Source: Paramicrosporidium saccamoebae KSL3 (Eukaryota; Fungi; Cryptomycota). From it: DNA of 32,000 nucleotides. This document shows positions 9,712 through 19,403 of the stretch, piece by piece; the stretch's first letter is position 1, and each line of letters opens with the position of its first letter. Position numbers and translations under genes: made by a program. The notes beneath the pieces were generated by a model, which was given only the letters and a program-made list of their open reading frames with translations, did no database searches and had not been told where the DNA came from. The stretch lies in the NCBI GenBank assembly GCA_002794465.1, contig MTSL01000169.1, positions 46,546 to 78,545 of the forward strand, written 5' to 3'.

Positions 9712-11027
9712 ATGTCAATTTTCAAGAGTTCCCGCTTCCTTTCTACTCAGGCCAGCAACTATGCACTACGATTGAGACGGGAATTATTACGTTCTATCCA
9801 AGTACTTTTTGCATCCAATTTCTGATGCACTAGCTAACGGGCCCATTAACAGTTGCCGACTTTATGCGAATGGTCAATACACATCCCAAGTTTGGCTACT
9901 ACGCTTCAAAGGAAGTATTCGGAACTGTTGGTGACTTTACCACGGCGCCCGAGATCAGCCAGTTATTCGGAGAGGTATGGACAGACTGATATAATATGGA
10001 TACCGTAGATTCTTGGAATTTTTTTGTTGCATTCGCTAGAAGCCCAACTGGGACACTTGAAATATCGAGGAATTCGATTGATCGAATTGGGTCCTGGAAA
10101 AGGAACGCTGGCAAGCGACATTATTCGGGTACGCCTGACTATGCCCCTTTTAACGAGCGAAGACATTTTCGCAATTTGGTACGGCCATGTCTCGATTAAG
10201 GCAATATGTTCTTGTGGAGAATAGCCCCAAGCTTCGACGTGTGCAAGAAGATTTGCTAAGATCAAAATTCCCCCAAGTCGACTATAAATGGTGTGCCACG
10301 GCCGATGAGATCCGTGATGGTACATCAGCTCTCTCTTTAATTTTTAGAACCGGATCTTTTGAACATTTGTATCTCGAACGAGTTTTTCGATGCACTTCCA
10401 ATCCACATGTTTTGCCGAGAATCTTCGGGATGGAAAGAAGTGCTGGTGGACGGACTCGATGTTGGCGACGACGTTCAGTTTCGTCTTGTCAAATCGTCAG
10501 GCGCAACTTCGCCTATGAGAATTTTAAAAGTCGAAACTCGCTACGAGGGGATTGAGATCGGGAGTTCGATTGAGATTGCTCCGGAATCGCTGCGAATAGC
10601 CAAACATTTTGCTAATTTAATATGCCGATCAGGTGGGATATTTGTGGCAGTTGATTACGGATCGCTAACTGCTTCAGAGAATACATTGCGGGTACTTTGC
10701 TTTAAGCGCGCTAATATACTCGGCTAGGCCATTAGGAGACACAGACTTTTGGAAAGTCCGCTGGAAGCGGTTGGCGAAGCAGATTTGAGTGCCGATGTGA
10801 ATTTTGGACTCTTAGCAGAGTGCTTTGCCAGCAATCTGTTTCAATTGACTGGACCCTGCACACAGAAACAATTTCTAGAATCATACGGGATACGTGAACG
10901 GCTAGCTGCAATATCTGGCCGAGCTGATCAAAAAACACGAGAAGATTTGGAATCACAAGTGTTCCGTCTCACTAATGAAGCCCAAATGGGTTCGATATAT
11001 AAAGTGTTTGCTGCATGTACAAAATAA
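9712..11027 (+). CDS. NDUFAF7: NDUFAF7/MidA SAM-dependent methyltransferase, 6 exons
   Basis: Spliced product contains GPLTVADFM, GYY...FG..GDFTTAPEISQLFGE, IELGPGKGTL, SNEFFDALP, VDYG and ADLSADVNF. Introns at 9802-9833, 9975-10008, 10129-10162, 10320-10347 and 10692-10727. Confidence 0.93.
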
Positions 11028-11184
11028 AGCTGTGCCTGCTGTAACTAATGTGAGAGCTGATATATAACAAACCAGAAATTTCGGCAAGAGGATCTTTATC
11101 CCCATTACCACTAGCGGGATCTTTAGTTTCATTTTAAACTATCAACGTCGCCTTGATAACCCAAAATCAAACGAAAATGTTATC

Positions 11185-11937
11185 ATGGGTAAGGCGCCAA
11201 GGAAAGCGGCTGCTTCCAGCGGAAATTTAGATGCCAGTAATCTTTGACTTGCTTTTATTTTCGTCCCTTAGGTGAGGTCATTATTCTCAAGTACTTGCAA
11301 GCCCAGAATCGACCTTATAGTGCCAGTACAAACGATGGACCTTTAAATAATCCACCTAGCCGACATCTTTAACAATCTTCATGGTCAAGTAGGCAAGACA
11401 GCGGTGGCAAAATCTCTTACCACTCTGGTGGAAAAGGCGGAAATTAGCGGAAAAGCATACGGGAAGCAGTGGGTCTATGTCGCTCGCCAAGATACACTTC
11501 CAACTCCATCTCCAGAAGATTTAAACTTGCTGGATGCAGAAATCGAAAGTCTAAAAAAGTCTGTCGATGAAAAGCGCGAAGCTACCAGACAGATTCAGTC
11601 GCGTATCGGCCACCATCATTCTCATAATATTTTAGAGCTTAATTCTTTGAATAACAGTCTGACGAATGAGGTAATGGCGAAGCGGATTCAAGAGCTTACA
11701 GAAGAAAACGCAACCTTTATAAAACGCCTGGAACTTCTTAGAACGGGAACCAGACGAGTAGATCCGGTTGAGAAAGCCAAAGTGGACAAAATGTATGAAT
11801 TGCATTGCAAGGAGTGGAAGTCGAGAAAGAGAATGTGCAAGGAAATGCTAGATGCTATAACGGAGAACTTGCCACAATCTCCCTCGGCATTTATGGAAGA
11901 ACTCGGGATGGAGACTGATCCTGTTGGCACCAAATAA
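11185..11937 (+). CDS. HOP2: Hop2/PSMC3IP (TBPIP) homologous pairing protein, 3 exons
   Basis: Winged-helix N-terminus ILKYLQAQNRPYSA/DIFNNL...GKTAV...GKAYGKQWVY, then coiled coil and EWKSRKRMCKEM...EELGMETD. Introns at 11237-11271 and 11326-11359. Confidence 0.9.
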
Positions 11938-11953
11938 ATTAGGTTTTACTAAG

Positions 11954-12933
11954 TTACGACGTCTCTACATTGGTGTCATCGTGGAGATTATCCTTTGCCC
12001 AAGAGACTTTTACCGGGATCCCACGTATATCAGATGTTCCCAGCGTCTCTGACGCAGCAGTGTCTGCGTCGGTCTTGCTTCCAAACATGACCAAGGCAGC
12101 AGTGCCATCAACAACAAGACGAACTTTTGTTACGACAGCGCGAGCCGCAAAAAACTCTTTGATATCATCCTCTGTGAGACCTAGCCGGATGCCTTGAACA
12201 AAAAGTGTTCTGACAACTTTCTCAGAGATCAGGGTCTTTGAAGAAGAGGCAGCTTTTGGTAAATGTGGATTGAGCTCGAATATTTTTTCTGCGTCAGGAT
12301 CATTTTCTCCGTGGTATCGATCGCGATAGCTTTGCAAAGAAGGATACCTCTCAGCCACCAAAACATGTCTATATGGACAAGTGTCCCCGCGAGTGCATTT
12401 CCCTTTTGCATAGAATGAGCACGGAGGGGCAAGGTTCTTGTCCGGCCTTGGCCGCTTGGACGCAAGGTTTTCCAGAGCCTCTTTGGCTGCTGGATCTGCA
12501 ATACTGTCGTAATTAAGCAGGCTTGCATCTCCACGTGCCAGACGCGACGCGTTTGTTGCAAGAAAGTATTCTCTGTTCGGTTCATTCTTCGGAACGTGCT
12601 CCTGCACTCCCAAGACGCTGTCACGAACTTGTACCGGAAGGCCATACTGTAGGTCCAGCATACAGGACTGACAGACATTTTTCAGTTTGGCGCAAGTCCC
12701 GCAGATGACAGTTCTTCTAAAGCGCATTTTTGTACCAGGACACCACCGGAACGTTGTATATGGCTTCAGACAAACTTTGCAGTCGCTGCCAAATTTCTCC
12801 TTGGTCATGCGCAGGTAGGGATTTTCGCCCAGACAGTTTTCGCATACATTCGGAAAGTCCTAAAGATAAGTTTAGATGGGCCAACAAACTGTACCGTCTC
12901 TTCCCAGGCAGCAACTCCACAAGATCTGCTCAT
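11954..12933 (-). CDS. RBM22: Pre-mRNA splicing factor RBM22/Slt11 (Ecm2), 2 exons
   Basis: WEET/DFPNVCENCLGENPYLRMTKEKFG..CKVC..P.T.FRW, CQSCMLDLQYGLPVQVRD, CCCH finger CSFYAKGKCTRGDTCPYRH and a C-terminal RRM. Intron at 12860-12894. Confidence 0.93.
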
Positions 12934-13107
12934 GACATCCCCGGACTCGCAAGCTTGTTAAATGACAAGTCCTTATTGCGACCAAAGTTGCAATAAAAGT
13001 TGGACAAGATGTGACATGCTATCTAGATGCACTTGCAACCATTTTTAGTTGCCGCTATTAGAGACGATTATTTAAGACTAAATAATTTAGTCCAATCGAT
13101 TAGGTCC

Positions 13108-13642
13108 ATGGAAGATTGGGACAAGCCAACCTACATTCGCAAAAGTCGCCCTACCGGCAAGGATGCACGCTCATCCACGGCGATAAATCAAGCAATGGCC
13201 TCTGGAAATGTTTCTATCCAGAAGAAAAGTACTATTAATTGCATGGGACTAAGGATTATAGTGACAGCTGGTGGTAATAAACAGCACGCTGGGCCGGCCG
13301 TGAACCTTGCAAAGCTGGAGGATGAAACTGAGCAGTTTAAAGGTACGGGTGGAGGAGTGCTGATACTGATATTGTAGTAAATACGGTGGACAAGTCGGTG
13401 GCCAAAGCAATCACGTCTGGCCGTCAGCAAAAAAATATGACCCAGAAGGAGCTGGCTACGGTATTCAAAAGCGCTCCGAGCCTTACATTTAGCTTATCAA
13501 CGAAAAGGTTCAAGTCATTCAAGATTATGAGCACGGAAAGGCCCTTCCTAATCAACAGATCCTTGGTAAACTAGAACGTGCTCTTGGTGTCAAGCTTCGC
13601 GGTGACAATATTGGTGCTCCACTTGCATCCAGAAAGCCTTAG
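13108..13642 (+). CDS. MBF1: Multiprotein bridging factor 1 (EDF1), 4 exons
   Basis: [54 protein letters not shown]. Introns at 13229-13261, 13343-13377 and 13461-13492. Confidence 0.95.
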
Positions 13643-13923
13643 TAGCATTGATACGCGGCGAGTCAACTCATGTCTAAGGAACGATAACCCATAATTGGTC
13701 ATTACAATCAGATGGAAGAGACCATCACATAAATATAAATTACATATAATAACCAGTATAGCTCCCAGTTAGCGTGTACGGTGAAGGACTCCTGTAAGTA
13801 GGTTGTTGTGACACGTCGGAACACGCATCACCTGAATTAGGGACTAAAGTAATACTTCAGGGTGAGCCAACCTAAGAATTAAAATTTAGCCTTTTTGGTT
13901 TTACTATTCGCGCGCTCTCCATC

Positions 13924-16172
13924 ATGGCTTCCACTGGAGGTTGGGATTCTGGACGGGTTTACTACAACAACACTCTGAATGTTGCCTCAGATGGAGCGGG
14001 TGATGCCGACAACATCCTCCAGAAAAAGTGTCTTTCATTTCTAGAACACTTTCGCATTGACAATCAATTCATTTATCGGTACAGCACTGCTAAGCGTTCC
14101 TAATGATTAGTGAGCAATTGAGACGAAATGTAAGCTTGCAATCCTACCTGATCAGCATGGATTTGGGCCACATTCAGGCGTTTGATGAACATTTGGCGAC
14201 CCAGCTTATGCGACGACCGGCCGAAATTATTCCCTTCTTTGAAAATGCAGCTCGGCAGTTAGCGCTGCAGATTTGCGTACTTCCAGAGGAGACTACTGGA
14301 CTTCGAAATCCTCTAGGCGATTTGCAAGTCCAACTGAATTCATCTACTATCCCAATGGCAGTGAGAGACTTGGACGCACAACATATTGGAAGGCTTGTTC
14401 GCATTCCCGGAATTATTGTTAGTGCCTCTACTGTCACGGCCCGCCCCACCAACGTTTGCATTATCTGCCGTGGATGCAGGCAAGAACGGTTTATTTCCTT
14501 GTCTAATGGGATCGGCGTCTCTGCTTTACCGCGTACATGTCCTGGACCCGCTGGTGAAATTGACGTCCCCCAGCAGCGCTGTCCACTTGATCCGTTTTCA
14601 ATTGTCGCCGAAAAGTGTCGCTGTGTTGACCAGCAGACGTTGAAATTGCAAGAATCGCCAGAGATGGTCCCCGTTGGAGAGCTTCCTCGTCAGGTGCTGC
14701 TCACTGTAGATCGTTGTCTGGTCAACAAGGTCAGTCCGGGTACCCGACTTACCATCAATGGAATCTATTCCATTTTCCAAGGAACATCGACAAACAAAAA
14801 CGTCAAGGCAGTTGCCATCCGCACCCCGTTCATTCGTGTAGTGGGCTATCAATTGGACTCTGAGACTGTCTCCTCGCACTCTAACGCCTCTCGGGATCGT
14901 AATGTAACGTTTACTGAAAATGATGAACGCGAAATGATTGCCTTCTCTCGCCAGGCTGACCTATATGAGCGCTTTAGTCGTAGCATTGCCCCGTCCATCT
15001 TTGGAAATGATGACATTAAGAAGGCAATCTGTTGTCTCCTCTTTGGTGGTAGTCGGAAAATGCTCCCTGATCGGATTCGTCTCCGTGGGGATATTAACGT
15101 GCTGCTGCTCGGAGATCCCGGAGTTGCAAAATCGCAGTTCTTAAAGTTTGTGGAAAAGGTTTCTCCCATTTCCGTGTACACTTCGGGAAAGGGCAGCAGT
15201 GCAGCTGGTTTGACAGCCTCCGTAGTACGTGATCCCTCTTCAGGCGAATTCTACCTCGAAGGAGGAGCCATGGTCCTTGCTGATGGAGGAGTAGTCTGTA
15301 TCGACGAGTTTGATAAAATGGACAATGAAGATCGTGTTGCTATCCACGAAGCCATGGAGCAGCAGACCATTTCCATTGCCAAGGCTGGGATTACTACAAT
15401 TTTGAATTCCCGCACCTCTGTCCTCGCCGCCGCCAATCCCGTCTTTGGCCGTTATGATGAACTGAAGACGCCGGGAGAGAATATCGACTTTTCTACAACC
15501 ATTCTTTCTCGATTCGACATGATCTTTGTTCTTCGTGATGAGCATAATGCACAACGGGACATGACTCTTGCTCGTCACGTATTGTCGGTTCACATGAACG
15601 CACATTCTATGGACCAGGGAGCCAGCGAGTTTGATCTTGCTGTCATGAAAAAGTTCATCTCATACTGCAAGTCACATTGTGCACCACGGCTTAGCGGCGA
15701 TGCTGCTGACAAGCTATCAAATCACTATGTATCTATTCGATCCCAGGTGCATCGGATGGAACAAAATATGACCGAGAGATCTTCCATTCCGATCACAATT
15801 CGTCAGCTCGAAGCAATTGTACGCATCGCTGAATCACTCGCGAAAATGACGCTGTCACCTGTTGCAACAGAGGCACATATTGACGAGGCACTTCGTATGT
15901 TTAGAGTATCTACAATGCAGGCGGTCATCTCTGGCCACTCCCTGGAAGGGATGGCCAGACCAGATCTGCTAAAGGATGTTGACCGTGTCGAAAAGGCCAT
16001 CAGACAACGTCTGCCCATTGGATCTTCCGTTTCGTACCGTAATCTCGTGACTGAAATGTCCAGCACTCGGCATTTCCCTGAACACGCGGTTGTTCGCGCC
16101 ATTGATGTAATGGTGCAACAGGAAAAACTCCTCTTCCGATCTCAACGCAAAGTCCTTATCCGTCAGCGCTAA
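13924..16172 (+). CDS. MCM5: Replicative helicase subunit Mcm5, 2 exons
   Basis: GDINVLLLGDPGVAKSQFLKFVEK, EGGAMVLADGGVVCIDEFDKM, SIPITIRQLEAIVR and a zinc finger. A 32-nt intron at 14079-14110 links the upstream exon (ATG 13924). Confidence 0.96.
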
Positions 16173-16363
16173 TGGGACCTTTACAGTATAATTGGTACAT
16201 TATTGGAATAGCGAATTATTTTTATTTCTGTGAGATTTGCATTTGTGCTTATTTAACGACTGGGAGGCTTTGATTTTTTTCTTTACATGCTTTTGTAGTA
16301 GGGCACATCCTTGTCCTTATCCCTGGCCCACAGATATACTCTCACACAATTTCTTTTTATTAC

Positions 16364-17776
16364 ATGGTTGGCCTCTTAGAATTCTACATTCCTGATGAGC
16401 CTGATTGTATCGTCTGGAGCCTTCAAAATCAAATTGCAGTCTGCACGCCATCATTGGTTCACCTCCTGATTCCCAAATGGGAATCTGATGGCACAGTCAG
16501 TTTTGAGCGTGGCTTTATAACTCTTGAACGCCTGTCGTCGCGGCCTTTTGATTCGGTCAATGGGGCAAATTCGCGGGCAGGACTTCGACAGACTTGCTGG
16601 TGGAGTAGGAAACCACATTCTTATTTAGTCCTGGTGACTCATTCGGGAAAATTATTTGTGCTTGAATGCGTTGGGAACGACAGATGTCACGAACGTAGTT
16701 GGAGGAGAGTGGCAAGTGTAGAACAAAAGTTTGAACGACTGTCGGTTTGCTGTGCCGCCTCTGACCCAACTGGACTGCTTCTAATAGCCACCGAGGATGG
16801 GATGATTTATAAAACTGGAGGTGAAGGCGGAACAATTGCAGTTGTCTTGCAAGATGGAGAGAGCATATCTAAGATGACAATATACAGAGAAAATCCGTTG
16901 ATTTGCACATCACTGGGACGAGTTTTGTTCTACAATGGTCAGTGGATTACTTTAATTGATGATGGAGTCATTGTTCCTGGCCCCGTGATAGTGTTACCTA
17001 ATGGGTCCATGCTGTTGTGCAAATTTAACCGTCTTTACATGATCAATTCCCTGCTCAAAATATCGTCGGTTCATACAATCCCCGGATTGTTGCAGACTAT
17101 AACCGCAGTGCTCCCTAATGCGGACGATAATTCCGTTTTAATTGTCGGGATGGATGGAAGCTGCTTTAGGTTATCTGAAGGGCTAATCACCCGTGTTGTC
17201 GTGAGGCCGTGGATTTCATCTTCCCAGGGGAACGAGGAGTCTGATGACGAAGCTCAAGATTATGATGAGGGTGAGCCCGAAGAGGATCCGTCTAGAGATG
17301 TGATTATACAGGGATCGGCCTTATCCGATGGTTGTAATGCTGCTTGGGTAGCAGAGACAGAAAAGCGACAGTATCCCCTCCCGTCTAGGACTCGCCTTTT
17401 CTACCACAAAATTAACGCTGACGTGACCGAAAATGCCTCGTCATCAAGCGACCAGCTGAGATTTGTCAAGATGGAAGCTTTGTCTCCAGGTGTTACACAA
17501 CCACCGTCTTCGGAGTTAATGTGTACCGAATGTGAAGGATTGCTTAGCCCGACCCCAAAGAATAGCAAAGTACTACAGTGTCCTTTGGGTCATATATTTA
17601 ACATCTGTACATCCTCCGGACAATTGATCACCTCTGTTTCCCTAATGTTCAAGTGTCATAGGTGCAGCCTATGTTTTCACCAAGAGGCTGCTCGTACGTT
17701 AAATTTTGCATGTACACATTGTAATGGTGCACTACTTCAATCCTTTCCAAACACTAATTGTATTGATAAACACTAA
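16364..17776 (+). CDS. Probable TFIIIC delta subunit (GTF3C4/Tfc8/Sfc9-like), divergent
   Basis: N-terminal CIVWSLQNQIAVCTPSLVHLLIP resembles the TFIIIC-delta start (WS.dg..AV....vhil.P), followed by a beta-propeller-like body. The C-terminal Cys/His cluster CxxC...CPLGH...C...CxxC...CxxC resembles zf-TFIIIC. Assigned from recalled motifs only. Confidence 0.55.
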   Translation: MVGLLEFYIPDEPDCIVWSLQNQIAVCTPSLVHLLIPKWESDGTVSFERGFITLERLSSRPFDSVNGANSRAGLRQTCWWSRKPHSYLVLVTHSGKLFVLECVGNDRCHERSWRRVASVEQKFERLSVCCAASDPTGLLLIATEDGMIYKTGGEGGTIAVVLQDGESISKMTIYRENPLICTSLGRVLFYNGQWITLIDDGVIVPGPVIVLPNGSMLLCKFNRLYMINSLLKISSVHTIPGLLQTITAVLPNADDNSVLIVGMDGSCFRLSEGLITRVVVRPWISSSQGNEESDDEAQDYDEGEPEEDPSRDVIIQGSALSDGCNAAWVAETEKRQYPLPSRTRLFYHKINADVTENASSSSDQLRFVKMEALSPGVTQPPSSELMCTECEGLLSPTPKNSKVLQCPLGHIFNICTSSGQLITSVSLMFKCHRCSLCFHQEAARTLNFACTHCNGALLQSFPNTNCIDKH

Positions 17777-18030
17777 TTTTATTGGTAGACATTAATCCAA
17801 CTCTTCCCGGACACCAATTCTATTGATAAACAATAATTTTATCGATAAACACTAATCCGATCCTTTCCAGACATTACTTGATGACCTTACAGACACTAAT
17901 TTTATTGGTAAATACTAATCCAGTCCCCTTTCAGACACTAATCCAGTCCTTTTCAGACACTGATTCAGTCCTTTTCAGACACTAATACAGTCCCTTTCAG
18001 ACACTAATGCAGACCTATCCAGACACCAAT
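17737..18030 (+). repeat. Degenerate minisatellite of 14 units built from two unit types (about 22 nt and 19 nt) sharing the core RACACTAAT
   Basis: Type A is approximately CCAGTCCTTTTCAGACACTAAT and type B approximately TTTATTGATAAACACTAAT. Order read by eye is A-B-B-A-B-B-A-A-B-A-A-A-A-A. Confidence 0.9.
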
Positions 18031-19008
18031 TTATAGCTTTGCTTCTGGGCGTATCAGGCATATAGGAATCTCAGTTTCTACCTCATATCCTCCGGGACAG
18101 TAGAACAGAAATAGAGCAAAGTGAGAGATACATACAGATTCAGACTCGATATCAGAGACAAATGCCTCTTCCGGAATGATTGTAGACACTGTGACCACTG
18201 ATCGTTGTCGGGGTCCTATTGACCCGGTCATGGGACCTTCAAACAGCTCGTGCTCGTTGACTACTCCCTCCTCTGTGCCCTCGCTCTTCATAAAGACTAT
18301 CCGCTTAATAGCCAGACTTACTCCATGCACCGCTAACCTACTATCATGGAGGTCCACTATCACAGTTGCAGCTACTCGATCTCCAGCAGTGAATGTTGTA
18401 CAGGCCATCTCAAGGTGCGCCGCGGCAGTACCGCTGGTAAAGCAGCCACGGAGGGGAAATTCAACAGACTGTAAAATTCCACCGGTCAAACCTTTCTCGA
18501 GCCTTTTGGGACGACTAATAATCTTGATCGGATACTCTTTGACAATAGAAGTTCCATATGGTGCTCCCAGACGCAACGTAACAACTAACATTGTATAAAC
18601 GGACAACCTTTCAGCCATATCTCCTTCTACCGACGCGGGCGTCGCTTCAGGGACCTCCCATTCCAAAGGCACCTTCACAAGGCCTTCAACAGTCTTTCCG
18701 GATACTTCGGAGATTTCATGGACAATGTTCTGGAGTGTACTCCGCTCATCGCCATCTTCATATGACACGCAGGATTGTGTGAGCCAGGCAAGTTCCGCTG
18801 ATTCAAATTTAACCGGACAGCTGGTGTATATTTCCGCTGTCCCTTTCACCGTCTCATTTTCCGCAAAGTAGGTACGCGGCAGTTCCACTTTCAGGTCCAC
18901 TTCTCCCGTTTTCATACACCCAATCAACGCCAAGATCCATGGCATGTAAACAATCCATCTGTTGACGCCATTGGTCAATTTGGTGATCTGGACGGCATGG
19001 CGTAGCAT
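18031..19008 (-). CDS. Arrestin-fold protein (alpha-arrestin/ARRDC-like); true start uncertain
   Basis: VELPRTYFAENETVKG (arrestin-N strand pattern), VPEATPASVEG (LP.SF.G-like) and GCFTSG..AHLE...TFTAGD (arrestin-C start), plus C-terminal EIPICL. Confidence 0.6.
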   Translation of the reverse strand: MLRHAVQITKLTNGVNRWIVYMPWILALIGCMKTGEVDLKVELPRTYFAENETVKGTAEIYTSCPVKFESAELAWLTQSCVSYEDGDERSTLQNIVHEISEVSGKTVEGLVKVPLEWEVPEATPASVEGDMAERLSVYTMLVVTLRLGAPYGTSIVKEYPIKIISRPKRLEKGLTGGILQSVEFPLRGCFTSGTAAAHLEMACTTFTAGDRVAATVIVDLHDSRLAVHGVSLAIKRIVFMKSEGTEEGVVNEHELFEGPMTGSIGPRQRSVVTVSTIIPEEAFVSDIESESVCISHFALFLFYCPGGYEVETEIPICLIRPEAKL

Positions 19009-19403
19009 ATAGACTTTACGTGTAGCAATATACTATCGAGGCAATTTAATGGGTGCTTCTTTAGTAAAGTAATAATCTCACCTTACAGGCCAGTGAATTC
19101 CATATGCCTGTAGCCTCTATTAAGAATAATTGAATCTTTGACCTACGATCAATCCATTACATCACAGTTATAAAGCTGTGACGTGGAGGTAGAGGCAGAG
19201 GATTGATTAGTTGGGTATTTGTGTGCTAGAGTGGATCGCTTTGCTGAGTATTTGGGGACAGTGAGATGTGTATCCATACTATTCTAGAATTAGCAGTGAA
19301 CAACCCCCCCTTCCCGCCTGACAGTCCATACTATTTATCCCCCACTACGCGACAACGGCCCAGTTTCAGTCTCGTAGTATATATTTCCTTTATAAGTAAC
19401 TAC

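Noticed and set aside
13650-13900. Intergenic stretch between MBF1 and MCM5 as a possible snoRNA or snRNA
   Set aside because: No convincing C/D or H/ACA boxes or snRNA motifs by eye; an Infernal/Rfam scan would be needed.
17737-18030. Constant core with variable spacers as a CRISPR-like array
   Set aside because: The spacers are only 10-14 nt and fall into two recurring related types rather than unique acquired sequences.
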